DNA of 64,000 nt from Escherichia coli (GCF_051903065.1 NZ_CP178438.1); one strand, 5' to 3'. Counted from the stretch's first letter, positions 31,644-50,196 are shown. Notes: a model not told the origin generated them from the letters alone. Numbers and translations are program-made.

Positions 31644-33245
31644 TCAGGATACCACTGGCGCAATTTGTAACTGCGCCGACTCATGTCGTGCTACTTCATG
31701 TTCTTCAAGGGTAAATACCGCCACACGCGACGAAAGATGGTCGGCCTGATTCGCCAGTTGTTCCGTTGCCACCGCCGCTTCTTCTACCAGCGAGGCGTTC
31801 TGCTGAGTCACCTGATCCATCTGGCTGACAGCCTGTGCAACCTGCTCAATCCCCCGCCGTTGTTCTTCCGACGCCGAAGCAATTTCTCCCATAATGTCGT
31901 TCACGCGGGTCACCGAACTGACAATATCGGTCATGGTCGCGGCGGCGTTATTCACCAGTTTCGAACCCTGCTGGACACGATTGACTGACTCTTCGATCAG
32001 CCCTTTGATCTCTTTTGCTGCCTGCGCGCTACGGCTGGCAAGATTGCGCACTTCACCTGCCACTACCGCAAAACCACGCCCCTGCTCTCCGGCGCGAGCC
32101 GCTTCCACTGCCGCATTCAGGGCCAGAATATTGGTCTGGAAAGCAATTCCGTCGATAACGCTGATAATGTCGCCAATTTTTTGCGAGCTGGTGGCGATCC
32201 CCTGCATGGTGTGAGTCATGGTACTGACCTGAACACCGCCCGCCTGCGCCGTTGTCGCGGCATTTTTTGCCAGTTCCGACGCCTGTCGTGCGTTATCGGC
32301 GTTTTGCCCTACCGTGGCGGTTAATTGCTCCATACTGGCGGCCGTTTGTGCCAGCGATGCCGCCTGCTGTTCGGTACGACTTGAGAGATCGTTATTGCCT
32401 GCGACAATCTCCGCGATCCCAATGTGCATCTCCTGGCTTCCCTTACGCACATCACTCACCGTCCCACGCAAAGCCTGCTGCATGGTCTTCAGGCTGGCAA
32501 AAATGGCGGTGATCTCATTACGACCATATACCGCAATCGGACGCGCCAGATTACCCGCAGCAATGCTGTCAAAATGGCTACCGATAATGGCCAGTGGTTG
32601 AACAATCATCTTGCGCGTCCACCACAGCGCACTGCTGATGTAGATCGCCGCAACAATAATCATGCTGATAAACACCAGCGCCGAAATCTGATAGTTACGC
32701 TGGCTTTGCGCACTGGCGGCTTCCAGCACATGGTTGATCTCCAGCTGCCAGGCCTCAAAGTTAACGTCAAACGCATTCTGTGATCCCTGCACCGGCGCAG
32801 TGAGGAAATCCGAAAGTTGATTACTTTCAAGCCAGGTCGCCTGATGTTCGAGATCGTTGTGCCAGCGGGCAAAACTTTTCTCCGTCTCTTTTTGCAATGC
32901 CCTGACGTGCTCGTTGCCCGCAGTCATCGCCATAAAACTTTTAAACAGCGTGGTGGATTGCGTCAGACTGGCGCGCGCCGTCGTCATCAACGTTTTAATG
33001 TCATCCGCCGGATAGCTAAGCGCTGTCAGAGTGCCTGCTTTGTTCAGCGCGGTACTGGCCTGTAACATTACCGCCCGAGTTTGCGCTAATGCCGCACGTT
33101 GCTGATTGCTCTGCTCGACCTGATTCAGTCGTTGCAAATCGTCGCGAAATGCCCAAAAAGACATGCCGTTACTGCCAATCTGCAAGATCCCGCAGAGAAT
33201 CAAAATTAAAAACAGCGTGGTCGAAATTCGAATACGATTAAACAT
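31644..33245 (-). CDS. tap: methyl-accepting chemotaxis protein IV (dipeptide/pyrimidine)
   Basis: 533 aa from MFNRIRISTTLF; conserved MCP signalling domain. Confidence 0.94.
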   Translation of the reverse strand: MFNRIRISTTLFLILILCGILQIGSNGMSFWAFRDDLQRLNQVEQSNQQRAALAQTRAVMLQASTALNKAGTLTALSYPADDIKTLMTTARASLTQSTTLFKSFMAMTAGNEHVRALQKETEKSFARWHNDLEHQATWLESNQLSDFLTAPVQGSQNAFDVNFEAWQLEINHVLEAASAQSQRNYQISALVFISMIIVAAIYISSALWWTRKMIVQPLAIIGSHFDSIAAGNLARPIAVYGRNEITAIFASLKTMQQALRGTVSDVRKGSQEMHIGIAEIVAGNNDLSSRTEQQAASLAQTAASMEQLTATVGQNADNARQASELAKNAATTAQAGGVQVSTMTHTMQGIATSSQKIGDIISVIDGIAFQTNILALNAAVEAARAGEQGRGFAVVAGEVRNLASRSAQAAKEIKGLIEESVNRVQQGSKLVNNAAATMTDIVSSVTRVNDIMGEIASASEEQRRGIEQVAQAVSQMDQVTQQNASLVEEAAVATEQLANQADHLSSRVAVFTLEEHEVARHESAQLQIAPVVS

Positions 33246-33290
33246 CAACGCTCCCCATCAGGCGGCAATGACCGCGTTAGTAAATACTCG

Positions 33291-34952
33291 TCAAAATGTT
33301 TCCCAGTTTGGATCTTGTTCAGCAATTCGCAGTCGTGGCTGTGCCGGTGGTTGCTCACTAGCAGGACGGGATGGTGTTTGCGGTTTATTGGTGAGTGGGC
33401 TGGCTGCCAGACGAAACGCGGAAACCGCTTGCGTTAAACGACTTGCCTGTTCTTCCAGCGCAGCTGCGGCGGCAGCTGATTCCTGCACCAGCGATGCGTT
33501 CTGTTGCGTGACGCGATCCATTTCCGAAACCGCCAATGCGACTTGATCGATGCCACGGCTCTGTTCATCCGATGCCGATGCAATCTCGCCCATAATGTCA
33601 GTCACGCGAGTGACAGCATTGACGATATTGTTCATTGTTTCCCCGGCGCTTTCGACCAGCACCGAACCGGTATCAACGCGCGAGACGGAGTCTTCAATGA
33701 GAGCTTTGATCTCTTTTGCCGCCTGGGCGCTACGACTGGCAAGATTACGCACTTCGCCCGCCACCACGGCAAAACCACGGCCCTGTTCACCCGCTCGCGC
33801 GGCTTCAACCGCGGCATTCAGCGCGAGGATATTAGTCTGGAAGGCAATACCGTCGATAACGCTGATAATGTCGGCAATTTTCTTCGAACTATCGGCGATC
33901 TCATGCATCGTTTTCACTACGCCATCCACCACTTTGCCGCCGTGCTGGGCGGTGTCGGAGGCACTTTGCGCCAGTTGCGAGGCCTGGCGGGCGTTATCGG
34001 CATTTTGCTTCACTGTCGCGGTGAGCTGCTCCATGCTGGCGGCAGTTTCTTCCAGCGCGGATGCCTGCTGTTCAGTACGGGAGGAAAGATCGGTGTTGCC
34101 CGCCGCAATTTCACGGGTACCGGCATAGATGGCATCTGAACCTTCGCGGACATGAGTGACGGTGTCAGTCAAAGAGCGTTGCATATGTGAAACGCTCTGC
34201 GCCAGGTCGCCCATTTCACTGCGCCCGTCAATGGTCAGGGTATTCGCCAGGTTACCACCGGCGATTTCGCGAATGTGAGCAATAATTTTTGCCAGCGGTG
34301 TAAGCAACATACGGCGAATGCCGTACCACGCCACCAGCAGAATCAATACTACCACCAGCGCGATAACCGCCAGTTGCCACTGGGCAAATCGGTAATCATC
34401 TGCGTTGTCAGTGACGATATCGCGATACAGTTTTTCACTGCTGAGGGCGTACTGAGCAAACGCTTCGCCCATTGCATTTTGCATTCCCTGGGTTGGCTGA
34501 GCGAAATAAGCTCCAGTATTGCCATAATCAAGATAATCAATCAGCTCAGTTAACGCTGTGTAATAGTTTTTATATTTTTCATCAATATTACGACTGGTAG
34601 CGACCATTTCAGGTAACGGTGCCATGCTTTTGAATTTTTTATAATGAGTCGCGGCCTGGGCCAATGTTTTCCTGGCGCTATCGAGCAATTCAACTTTGGC
34701 ATTACTTTGTTGATTGGAGGAATCCATCATCATCCGCACCGCTGAACGACTCAGGTTAATGCGCGTTTGCAGCATTAAATCCCAGGTTGACGTCAGCTCG
34801 CCCTGCTGTTCCCGTAATTGATTGGAAACCACAAAGCTCTTCTGGCTATGGTGAAGGGAAGAAAAAAACAGACTGCCGGAAATAAGCTGTAACAGTGCGA
34901 ATACCCCCAGCACCATTACCAACAGCGTGACTACGCGGATACGGTTAATCAT
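33291..34952 (-). CDS. tar: methyl-accepting chemotaxis protein II (aspartate/maltose), NWETF C-terminus
   Basis: 553 aa from [11 protein letters not shown]; C-terminal NWETF pentapeptide. Confidence 0.95.
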   Translation of the reverse strand: MINRIRVVTLLVMVLGVFALLQLISGSLFFSSLHHSQKSFVVSNQLREQQGELTSTWDLMLQTRINLSRSAVRMMMDSSNQQSNAKVELLDSARKTLAQAATHYKKFKSMAPLPEMVATSRNIDEKYKNYYTALTELIDYLDYGNTGAYFAQPTQGMQNAMGEAFAQYALSSEKLYRDIVTDNADDYRFAQWQLAVIALVVVLILLVAWYGIRRMLLTPLAKIIAHIREIAGGNLANTLTIDGRSEMGDLAQSVSHMQRSLTDTVTHVREGSDAIYAGTREIAAGNTDLSSRTEQQASALEETAASMEQLTATVKQNADNARQASQLAQSASDTAQHGGKVVDGVVKTMHEIADSSKKIADIISVIDGIAFQTNILALNAAVEAARAGEQGRGFAVVAGEVRNLASRSAQAAKEIKALIEDSVSRVDTGSVLVESAGETMNNIVNAVTRVTDIMGEIASASDEQSRGIDQVALAVSEMDRVTQQNASLVQESAAAAAALEEQASRLTQAVSAFRLAASPLTNKPQTPSRPASEQPPAQPRLRIAEQDPNWETF

Positions 34953-34983
34953 AAGGCACCTTCCTGAAAACAAGTTGATCTCG

Positions 34984-35010
34984 TTATCGGCAAGAAGGGG
35001 GGAAACTTTA
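34984..35010 (-). promoter_or_regulatory. sigma-28 (FliA) class 3 promoter of tar operon
   Basis: minus strand reads TAAAGTTT-N11-GCCGATAA, consensus FliA promoter, just upstream of tar. Confidence 0.8.
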
Positions 35011-35036
35011 TTGCTGATGCCACCCGCCGCGAAATT

Positions 35037-35067
35037 GAAATAAAACCCGATGCGCAGATCATCGGGT
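35037..35067 (-). terminator. rho-independent terminator after cheW
   Basis: cccgatg...catcggg hairpin followed by TTTTATTT on minus strand. Confidence 0.8.
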
Positions 35068-35094
35068 TCATTTCAATTGAGGAAATCGGGAGAA

Positions 35095-35598
35095 TTACGC
35101 CACTTCTGACGCCGCGCTATCTAACAGCGCCATCTCTTCGCTGTTCAGCAGTTTTTCGATGTTCACCAGAATCAACATCCGGTCGCCCAGTGCGCCCAGT
35201 CCAGTGAGATATTCTGTTGAAAGCGTCACGGCAAATTCCGGTGCCGGACGAATTTGCTCCGCCGTCAATGAAAGCACGTCTGAAACGCCGTCAACCACGA
35301 TGCCGACCACCCGCTGTCCGAGATTCAGGACGATAACTACCGTGTTGTCGTTATAGTCCACATCCACCTGGCTGAACTTAATTCGTAAGTCAACAATCGG
35401 CACAATAACGCCGCGCAGATTCGTGACGCCTTTGATAAACGCTGGCGTGTTCGCAATCCGTGTTACCTGATCGTAGCCACGGATCTCCTGCACTTTCAGG
35501 ATATCAATACCGTACTCTTCATCACCAAGGGTAAATACCAGAAATTCCTGGCCTGACGGCTCGCTGGCCAGCTTTGTTACATTCGTCATACCGGTCAT
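35095..35598 (-). CDS. cheW: chemotaxis coupling protein CheW
   Basis: 167-aa ORF matching CheW. Confidence 0.97.
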
Positions 35599-35618
35599 AT
35601 TGTTACCTTTTTACTCAT

Positions 35619-38510
<2,892 letters not shown>

Positions 38511-38514
<4 letters not shown>

Positions 38515-39398
38515 GCTTCCTCGGTTGTCGTCTGTTGTTGCGGATTTTTCACCGCACGCACATGCTCTTCCAGTTCAATAAACGACGGACGTTCGCTGGA
38601 ATAGAGCGTTTTGCGACCAAACTCAACGGCGATAGGCGGTGCGTAACCGTTCAGATTAGAAAGCAGTGTGACTTTGACGCACTGCATCATTTTGCTGGTT
38701 TCGGCGCTTTTCTGACGTAAAACACTCGCTAATGGGGAAATAAATCCGTAAGCCAATAAAATGCCGAGGAAAGTCCCCACCATCGCATGTGCGATAAGCG
38801 CCCCCAGCTCGGCGGCAGGACGATCGGCTGAACCTAACGCGTGAACGACCCCCATTACAGCCGCGACAATACCAAACGCCGGAAGTGAGTCCCCGACCAG
38901 CGCCAGACTGTTCGCCGGGACTTCTGCCTCGCTTTCGTGCGTCTCAATCTCTTCATCCATCAGGGCTTCGATTTCGAAGGTGTTCATGTGACCGCTGATA
39001 ATCAGGCGCAGATAATCGACGATAAAATCAAGCATGACGCTATCCGCGATGATGCGTGGGTAGCTGGCGAAGATCTCGCTCTCACGGGGATTTTCAATAT
39101 CACGTTCCAGCGAAAACATCCCCATCTGCCGCGATTTCGCCATCAACCGATAAAGCAGAGCCAGCAGATCCATATACATTGCTTTGGTGTATTTGGAGCG
39201 ACGAAACAGCAATGGCAGCGCTTTAAGCGTGCCTTTAATCGCTTTGCCATTATTGCCGACGATAAACGACCCAATCCCTGCACCGGCAATAATCACCAGT
39301 TCAGCGGGTTGATAGAGTGCTCCAAGGCTTCCACCGGTCATCAAATAACCGCCGAAAACTGTACCGAGAACAACCAGGTAACCTAATAAGATAAGCAC
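38511..39398 (-). CDS. motA: flagellar motor stator protein MotA
   Basis: 295-aa ORF, 4-nt overlap with motB. Confidence 0.97.
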
Positions 39399-39466
39399 GA
39401 CATCATCCTTCCACTGTTGACCATGACAGGATGTTCAGTCGTCAGGCGTTAACGCGCGATTGGGGC

Positions 39467-39499
39467 AAAAAAAAGCAGCGGTACGTCGTTACCGCTGCT
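39467..39499 (-). terminator. rho-independent terminator after flhC
   Basis: agcagcggtac...gtaccgctgct hairpin with T8 on minus strand. Confidence 0.8.
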
Positions 39500-39524
39500 G
39501 GAATGTTGCGCCACACCGTATCAG

Positions 39525-40103
39525 TTAAACAGCCTGTACTCTCTGTTCATCCAGCAATTGTGGGATAATATCGGCAGGATTCTGGGAAAGTTTACGTCTT
39601 TTTACTGCCCGGGATGGCGGTTGACATAAGCTGCAGGCAAAGCTGCCAACAGGCTGGTGAGCGTGGGTAATAAAATTGCCGCCGCAGCAGTTGCAGCTGG
39701 AAAGTTGCAGTAATCCACTTTCAACAAACCGCACCAATGTCCAGGCACGGGTTAATGCCAGCAGCGGTCCTTCTTCTGCTTGCGGGCACTGTTCGAGGTA
39801 TAAACGGTAGGCTTTGATCACCGCATCGACGCCATTACACAAACCGGTTTTCAGTAAAAACTGCCATGCATTACAGAACATCGAAGCATGAACGTTTTGT
39901 TCCCAGGTCATAAACCAGTCGGTTGAAAATGGCAGCATGCCTTTCGGCGGTGGGCTTCCGCGCAGTTCTTTATAAAGTTTTATCAGGCGTCCGCGACTTA
40001 ACTGTGTTTCGCTTTCCAGCATCTGCAAACGAGCGCCCAGGGTGATCAATTCCATTGCCAGCTGAATATCCCGCGCTTCCTGAACAATGCTTTTTTCACT
40101 CAT
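39525..40103 (-). CDS. flhC: flagellar master regulator FlhC
   Basis: 192-aa ORF with Cys4 zinc site. Confidence 0.97.
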
Positions 40104-40105
40104 GA

Positions 40106-40456
40106 TCAGGCCCTTTTCTTGCGCAGCGCTTCTTCAGGCTGATTAACATCATTCAGCAAGCGTGTTGAGAGCATGATGCCGGTATGAATTTGCTGGAGAT
40201 CGTCAACGCGGGAATCTTGCGTCAACTGAGTAATCGTCTGGTGGCTGTCAAAACGGAAGTGACAAACCAGCTGATTGGTTTCTGCCAGCTTAACCATTTG
40301 CGGAAGAGTCAGTGCCGCTAATGTTGTCGCCATTTCTTCATTTATGCCGAGACGAAACATAGCGGACGCTTTGTCCTGAACAATCAGACGCTGTGCAAGT
40401 AGTAAATATGACAAGTTGATGTCATAAATGTGTTTCAGCAACTCGGAGGTATGCAT
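40106..40456 (-). CDS. flhD: flagellar master regulator FlhD
   Basis: 116 aa from [17 protein letters not shown]. Confidence 0.94.
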
Positions 40457-40717
40457 TATTCCCACCCAGAATAACCAACTTTATTTTTATGCGGTTTCAC
40501 CGCACCCCGTGATGTCGCCGGGAAGCCCCGGTAAAAAATAATTAGCATTAGAATAGTTGCGATAAGCTGCAATAAGCAGAGCCACCTTTTTGGTTTAATA
40601 AGTCCTTACAAATAGAAGGGGGTCTTTACACTTATCTAAGATTATTCCTAAATCGACGCAACTGTACTCGTCACTACACGCACATACAACGGAGGGGGGC
40701 TGCGATTTTCATTAATG

Positions 40718-40733
40718 TGTGATGCAGATCACA
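40718..40733. promoter_or_regulatory. CRP binding site in flhDC promoter
   Basis: TGTGATgcagaTCACA, perfect CRP half-sites, about 265 bp upstream of flhD ATG. Confidence 0.8.
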
Positions 40734-41235
40734 CAAATCACTCAATTACTTAACATAAATGTATAAGTCATACTTTTGTTTTGGGTGTATTTCAATCTGT
40801 TAAAAAGTTTTTCGCTACGCTAGCAAGCAAAAATGAAACAGGAATAATCGAAATGGGATGTTGCGCACAGTTAAAATAACTCACCGTAAATAATCATCTG
40901 CTATAAATAATCACTTTCATGCAATACCAGATAAGCTATTTTTAAACAGACACTTACCGCACAACAAACTAATTAAATACAAAGAAAGGCAACAATCAAC
41001 TTAATGTTAATAAAATGTTTTGCATATATTAACCACTTGTTTAATGCGGGGAATCAGTACATTATTTTCTTATAATTACAGTTGAAATCATATGATCACC
41101 GAGAGTGATTGATTAATTGTCTTTACTAATAATCAGACTAATATTTACCTGTTTGACTGAGTTGGGATTGCGTCGTTTCTCCATTAGGAGTAAAGCTTTA
41201 ATGTCACCTGAAGTTCACAGAATAAGGAACAGGTT

Positions 41236-41664
41236 ATGAGCTATAGCAATATTCTTGTCGCCGTTGCGGTTACACCGGAAAGTCAGCAACTGCTGGCAAA
41301 AGCGGTATCTATCGCCAGGCCAGTAAAGGGACACATCAGTTTAATTACTCTCGCTTCCGACCCAGAAATGTACAATCAATTAGCTGCGCCGATGCTTGAA
41401 GATTTACGCAGCGTGATGCAGGAAGAAACGCAAAGCTTTCTTGATAAGTTAATTCAGGATGCGGGGTATCCCGTTGACAATACGTTTATTGCCTACGGTG
41501 AGTTAAGCGAACATATTCTGGAAGTTTGTCGCAAATATCATTTCGATTTGGTGATTTGCGGTAATCACAATCACAGTTTCTTTTCGCGAGCATCCTGCTC
41601 GGCGAAAAGAGTGATTGCCTCAAGTGAGGTCGATGTGCTGTTAGTTCCACTTACGGGAGATTAA
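41236..41664 (+). CDS. uspC: universal stress protein C
   Basis: 142-aa ORF matching UspC/YecG. Confidence 0.93.
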   Translation: MSYSNILVAVAVTPESQQLLAKAVSIARPVKGHISLITLASDPEMYNQLAAPMLEDLRSVMQEETQSFLDKLIQDAGYPVDNTFIAYGELSEHILEVCRKYHFDLVICGNHNHSFFSRASCSAKRVIASSEVDVLLVPLTGD

Positions 41665-41670
41665 CCGCTC

Positions 41671-45023
<3,353 letters not shown>

Positions 45024-45037
45024 CATACTCTCCTTAC

Positions 45038-46552
45038 TCAGGCAACTGCCTGGCTGACTTTAGGCATCGCAAGGCTCAGTGCCTGACGCTCATCTGCCTG
45101 CTCGTGTAACAATTCACCGGCGATTTCACCTTCCCGCATCACCACAATCCGGTCGGCAACGCCGAGGACTTCAGGTAAGTCGCTGGAGGCAAACAGCACC
45201 GCCACGCCCTGCGCCGCCAGCGCATAAATTACGTTATATATTTCGTGCTTAGCGCCAACATCAATGCCGCGCGTAGGTTCATCCAGCAAAATGACCTTCA
45301 TCTCTTCCGATAACCAGCGGCCCAGAATGGCTTTTTGCTGATTTCCACCTGAGAGATTCATAATCAGTTGCTCAGCGCCCGGCGTTTTGATGTTGAGCGA
45401 ACGAATGTGGTGATCGGCATTGTTTTCTTCCCAACCGTTGTTGATTACACAACCGCCGAGCACATGTTTACGTCTGGCACTGATGTTGATATTGTCGCGA
45501 ACGGAGTGCACAGGAATAATGCCTTCCGCTTTGCGATCTTCCGGGCAGAGCATCATGCCTGCGGCAATGGCGTGGCTCGGTTTACGAATATCGATCGGCT
45601 GTTGGTCGATATAAACCTGACCGGCGGTGATTTGCGTCCCGCCAAACATGCCTTTCATTAATTCGCTACGCCCCGCCCCTACCAGACCAAACAGCCCAAC
45701 AATTTCACCACTGCGAACCGCCAGACTTATTGGCGTACGCACGCCTGGTGCTTTCACAGCATCAAGACGCAGGCGCTCCTCGCCATAACTACGCGGTTGC
45801 CAGCCGTAGATATCGCCAATGTCGCGCCCGACCATCGCCTGCACCAGCGCGTCGTGGTCAACCTGCTGCATATCGGTAAAGGTTTTGACATAACGTCCAT
45901 CTTTAAAGACAGTGATGGCATCGCTGAGGGCAAATATTTCTTCCATACGGTGAGAAACGTATAAGATCACCCGCCCCTCTTTTCGCAGTTCACGAATAAC
46001 GCTGAAAAGATTGTCGATTTCGCGGGCAGAAAGGGAGCTGGTTGGCTCATCAAAGGCGATAATTTTAGCGTTACGCGCCAGCGCCTTGGCGATTTCAACC
46101 ATCTGCCACTGACCAATGGAGAGATATTTCAGCGGCGTGTCCGGGTCAATATCCATACCAAGATGTTTAAGTTGTAAACCCGCCTCATAATTCAGCAATG
46201 AGCGATTCACAATGCCGCCTTTATGCGGCAGCTGGCCGAGATAGATGTTTTCCGCGACGGTCATTTCCGGCACGAGATGCAGTTCCTGGTAAATAATCGC
46301 CACACCCGCGTTAAGTGCTGCGGTCGTGTCGGAAAAGGACATTTCCTGCCCATTAATCACTACAGAACCCGTGGTTGGCGCATAGTTGCCGCTGAGGATT
46401 TTTAAGAGAGTTGATTTTCCTGCGCCATTTTCACCCATCAACGCATGAACCTGACCGGCATAGCAGTCAAAACTAATATCCGTCAGCGCCTTAACGCCGG
46501 GAAACGTTTTACCGATGCCGCGAAATGAGAGATACGGGGTAGACTGTTGCAT
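45038..46552 (-). CDS. araG: L-arabinose ABC transporter ATP-binding protein
   Basis: 504 aa from [10 protein letters not shown]; two ABC cassettes. Confidence 0.94.
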   Translation of the reverse strand: MQQSTPYLSFRGIGKTFPGVKALTDISFDCYAGQVHALMGENGAGKSTLLKILSGNYAPTTGSVVINGQEMSFSDTTAALNAGVAIIYQELHLVPEMTVAENIYLGQLPHKGGIVNRSLLNYEAGLQLKHLGMDIDPDTPLKYLSIGQWQMVEIAKALARNAKIIAFDEPTSSLSAREIDNLFSVIRELRKEGRVILYVSHRMEEIFALSDAITVFKDGRYVKTFTDMQQVDHDALVQAMVGRDIGDIYGWQPRSYGEERLRLDAVKAPGVRTPISLAVRSGEIVGLFGLVGAGRSELMKGMFGGTQITAGQVYIDQQPIDIRKPSHAIAAGMMLCPEDRKAEGIIPVHSVRDNINISARRKHVLGGCVINNGWEENNADHHIRSLNIKTPGAEQLIMNLSGGNQQKAILGRWLSEEMKVILLDEPTRGIDVGAKHEIYNVIYALAAQGVAVLFASSDLPEVLGVADRIVVMREGEIAGELLHEQADERQALSLAMPKVSQAVA

Positions 46553-46621
46553 AACGTCTCCGTGAATCACTGGTCGTTCACACCCCCTCTGCATCATGCA
46601 GAGGGGAATTTTTCCGGCAAA

Positions 46622-47611
46622 TTACTTACCGCCTAAACCTTTTTTCTCCAGTTCTTCTTTAAAGTTGTCACGCGTGATCAGCACCACGTCGGTAACTTCG
46701 GTGAATTTGGTCGGTTCAACACCTTTTGCTACCCAGTTGTAAAGCATTTCGCTGGACTTATAACCATGTACGTCCGGGCTTGGCAACAGGGAACCGTAGA
46801 AGCCGGTTGCCTGTGCCTTAGACAGTTCGCTCACCGCATCCACACCGTTAATACCGATACCGATGATATCGGCCGCTTTAAAGCCCTGACCTTCCGTCGC
46901 GCGTACGCCGCCCAGCACGGTGCTGTCGTTCATACCGACGATCAGCCAATGTTTAACTTCCGGATGTTGAACCAGCATTGAGTTGGCAGCGTCAAATGCC
47001 CCGGGGATGTCGTTAGATTTGGTAGGTACCTGATAAATTTGTTTTTCCGGGAATCCTGCAGCTTTCAGCGCATCCATAGAACCCGTAGTACGGCGACGAG
47101 CCGTATCCAGTTCGTTGGAGGTAATCGCCATCACCGCGCTTTCTTTGACATCCCAGCCACGTTTCTGCATCTCTTTATACAGTTCCTGGCCCTGACGTTC
47201 GCCAATTTTGGTCGCCGCCATCATCACCAGAGGAACGGTATCCATTGGCTTACCTTTGGCGTTAACAAACTGGTCATCCACGGCAATGACTTTCATATCG
47301 TAGCCACGCGCTTTCGCCACGATGGCAGAGCCGAGTTTCGGGTCCGGAGTACAAATAACGAAACCTTTTGCGCCACTGGCGGCCAGGCTATCGATCGCGT
47401 TCAATGTTTTTTCGCCATCCGGCACGGCAATCTTAATAACCTCAAACCCTAAATCCTTCCCGGCTTTATCGGCAAACTTCCATTCGGTCTGGAACCACGG
47501 CTCTTCCGGTTGCTTCACCAGGAAACCGAGCTTCAGGTTCTCCGCCATAGCGGATTGTGACATAACGGCTGCCAGACCAATGGCTGCCAGGGCTTTAGTA
47601 AATTTGTGCAT
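46622..47611 (-). CDS. araF: L-arabinose ABC transporter periplasmic binding protein
   Basis: 329 aa from MHKFTKALAAIGLAAVMSQSAMA (signal peptide). Confidence 0.94.
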   Translation of the reverse strand: MHKFTKALAAIGLAAVMSQSAMAENLKLGFLVKQPEEPWFQTEWKFADKAGKDLGFEVIKIAVPDGEKTLNAIDSLAASGAKGFVICTPDPKLGSAIVAKARGYDMKVIAVDDQFVNAKGKPMDTVPLVMMAATKIGERQGQELYKEMQKRGWDVKESAVMAITSNELDTARRRTTGSMDALKAAGFPEKQIYQVPTKSNDIPGAFDAANSMLVQHPEVKHWLIVGMNDSTVLGGVRATEGQGFKAADIIGIGINGVDAVSELSKAQATGFYGSLLPSPDVHGYKSSEMLYNWVAKGVEPTKFTEVTDVVLITRDNFKEELEKKGLGGK

Positions 47612-48406
47612 GGTTCTCTCCAGCTTTAGTGTCGTTTTGTGTAGGGCAAAAACGAATGACATTCGTTAAATTAATCGGAAAACAAAGCATTACCTTTTAA
47701 CTAAAAGATAAGTGACTGTGTTGACATAGTTTTAGCGAGAAATTAATTCTCCATAGGAGAGCAATATCACATCGCAGAATTACAGTGAGAACGTGCATAA
47801 ATTTAGCGGGAAAAGACATAAGGAAAGCCAATTTGTCAGACAAATTGTTGAATGCACAGCAGATTAATCCATAAGATTAGCCTGGAAATCCTTGTTGTCT
47901 TTGGTACCCATGCGGGATGTCTTCTTTGTAACCAGTCAATAGGCCGCATTACCTGGCGTTGAGTTTTTGAAATGGTGTAATAACCGCAACTCAAAGATGT
48001 GGAAAATGCACGTCATTCATTTCGTCATTAATTATCACTGTGCTCATTAATTAACAGAACACGTATAATGAGAGCCATCTCGCAAAAATGAAAAAACGTT
48101 TTATAAAATCATCACTTCATCATGAATTCAAATTCATTGATTAATATCAACAAGATACAAAAAGCACTATCATTAAAATTCATTGCAGTTACATTGATTT
48201 CATCAATGAAATGTAAAAATATATAAACTTGATGATTTAAGCATTTTCTTATACCCGTTCAGACGTTATTCTTATTTCAGATCATCGTCAGAATTGACTC
48301 CACGATCACATTTCGGACCGGCAGAAAGGAATTATTCTGCAAACAGTAATTATGGTGTTTTGATTTATCTTGCACCTCTCCACTTCTGGATATAAGGATA
48401 TTAGGT

Positions 48407-48910
48407 ATGGCAACCGCTGGAATGCTTCTCAAACTCAACTCTCAAATGAACCGCGAGTTTTACGCATCCAATCTCTACCTTCACCTGAGTAACTGGTGTT
48501 CTGAACAGAGTCTGAACGGCACCGCCACTTTCCTTCGCGCCCAGGCACAGAGTAATGTGACCCAAATGATGCGCATGTTTAACTTTATGAAGAGTGTCGG
48601 CGCTACCCCCATCGTTAAAGCCATTGATGTTCCCGGTGAAAAACTGAACTCTCTGGAAGAACTGTTCCAAAAAACGATGGAAGAATACGAGCAACGTTCT
48701 AGTACGTTGGCACAGTTAGCCGATGAAGCGAAAGAACTGAATGATGATTCAACCGTCAATTTCCTGCGCGATCTGGAAAAAGAACAGCAGCATGATGGCC
48801 TGTTGCTGCAAACCATTCTTGATGAAGTGCGCAGTGCGAAACTTGCGGGTATGTGCCCAGTGCAGACCGACCAACATGTTCTGAATGTCGTGTCGCATCA
48901 GCTGCATTGA
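48407..48910 (+). CDS. ftnB: ferritin-like protein FtnB
   Basis: 167-aa ORF, ferritin-like. Confidence 0.93.
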   Translation: MATAGMLLKLNSQMNREFYASNLYLHLSNWCSEQSLNGTATFLRAQAQSNVTQMMRMFNFMKSVGATPIVKAIDVPGEKLNSLEELFQKTMEEYEQRSSTLAQLADEAKELNDDSTVNFLRDLEKEQQHDGLLLQTILDEVRSAKLAGMCPVQTDQHVLNVVSHQLH

Positions 48911-48988
48911 TCATACATCGGCGCTAATGCATTGCGCCGATGAAGTTTTTGAGAAACCGCTGCCTCATCTTTTTGAAGCAGCGGTTTT

Positions 48989-49240
48989 TTAATGGGATTC
49001 GCCTTGTGGGGTAAACTTGAGTTCAATCAGCGCGATGGCTTTTTGGATTGCCCGCATGGTGACCGGGTCTGCGGCGGCGGGATGGTTAGTAAAGTCGATA
49101 TTCTTCAGCTGGCTGGACATTTTTTCGCGAACTTCAACGGGCGCGATTACATCGAGAACATCCAGAATTTGTTTGATAACCAACTGGCAAGCAACCACAT
49201 CAGAAACCAGTTCCTGATCGGCATTCAGCGGCTGGGACAT
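48989..49240 (-). CDS. yecJ: YecJ (DUF2766)
   Basis: 83-aa ORF matching YecJ. Confidence 0.88.
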
Positions 49241-49325
49241 CGTAAACTCCTGATAGCATTTTGAAAGCCGTTATAGTAGCGGCTTCACATCTTCAGCGAT
49301 AGTCACATCCACCGTCATCAGGACA

Positions 49326-49354
49326 CAAAAAAACCTGCCGGAGCAGGTTTTTTG
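49326..49354 (-). terminator. rho-independent terminator downstream of azuC
   Basis: acctgc-cgga-gcaggt hairpin flanked by A-run and T-run (potentially bidirectional). Confidence 0.7.
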
Positions 49355-49441
49355 TTATCGGAACATATTGCCTGGCGGTACGTCTTTGAACGTCTTGCAA
49401 TAGTTATTGAACATACTTTTCAGGATTTTGCGCAGTTTCAT
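49355..49441 (-). CDS. azuC: small protein AzuC (28 aa)
   Basis: minus strand translates to MKLRKILKSMFNNYCKTFKDVPPGNMFR; not in the 60-aa ORF track. Confidence 0.85.
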   Translation of the reverse strand: MKLRKILKSMFNNYCKTFKDVPPGNMFR

Positions 49442-49523
49442 CGCGGCACTCCGACCATTTGTTATACAGGTGTTATTGTCTTTGCGCTTATAATATGACA
49501 ACCATCACAAAAATCAATCTTTA

Positions 49524-49539
49524 TGTGATGCAAATCACA
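49524..49539. promoter_or_regulatory. CRP binding site upstream of azuC
   Basis: TGTGATgcaaaTCACA about 85 bp upstream of azuC start. Confidence 0.75.
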
Positions 49540-49702
49540 TAAATACCCCTTTAATGTTATAAAAATGATAATCAAAAAGCAGCCCCCCCTTTCTGACACC
49601 TACAGATGGCGAGAAATAGCGCCTGCCAGGCGTCTTTTCCGGCCATTGTCGCAGCGCTGTAACGCGTAAAATACTGCTTTCTTTTACTCTTCTGGCTGGA
49701 CC

Positions 49703-50026
49703 ATGAGACTTCTGATTCTGACTCTTTCATTAATAACGCTGGCGGGGTGTACGGTTACTCGCCAGGCCCATGTGAGCGAAGTTGACGCGGCAACAGGTAT
49801 TGTACGGTTGGTTTATGACCAGGCTTTTTTGCAGCATGCCCATACCGATCGTTATGTCAGTCGCGGGATCGCCGATCGCGCATGCCAGCAGGAAGGCTAT
49901 ACCCACGCGATCCCCTTTGGTCAGCCAGTAGGCAACTGTGGCCTTTTTGCGGGTTCCTTATGTTTGAATACGGAATTCACTTTGTCATATCAGTGCCATC
50001 ATTCCGCCTTCCCTGTCTTTCTCTAA
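49703..50026 (+). CDS. yecR: lipoprotein YecR
   Basis: 107-aa ORF with lipobox LAGC. Confidence 0.9.
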   Translation: MRLLILTLSLITLAGCTVTRQAHVSEVDAATGIVRLVYDQAFLQHAHTDRYVSRGIADRACQQEGYTHAIPFGQPVGNCGLFAGSLCLNTEFTLSYQCHHSAFPVFL

Positions 50027-50196
50027 ATATTTTAATCAGCGAGGGGATCTTCGCTGATTAAAGAAATAGCGGTAATGCGTTTTATTCCCATTCGTATTTT
50101 TAATAATTGAAGTTTATATTTTACCTTTTGCAAATAATAAAATAACAAATTATAGTGACGCCACAGCAACAAATATAACCTTTGTGGAGCACTATC

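Noticed and set aside
33504-34139. 211-aa and 192-aa plus-strand ORFs in the tar region (and similar in tap)
   Set aside because: Antisense to conserved MCP signalling-domain coding sequence
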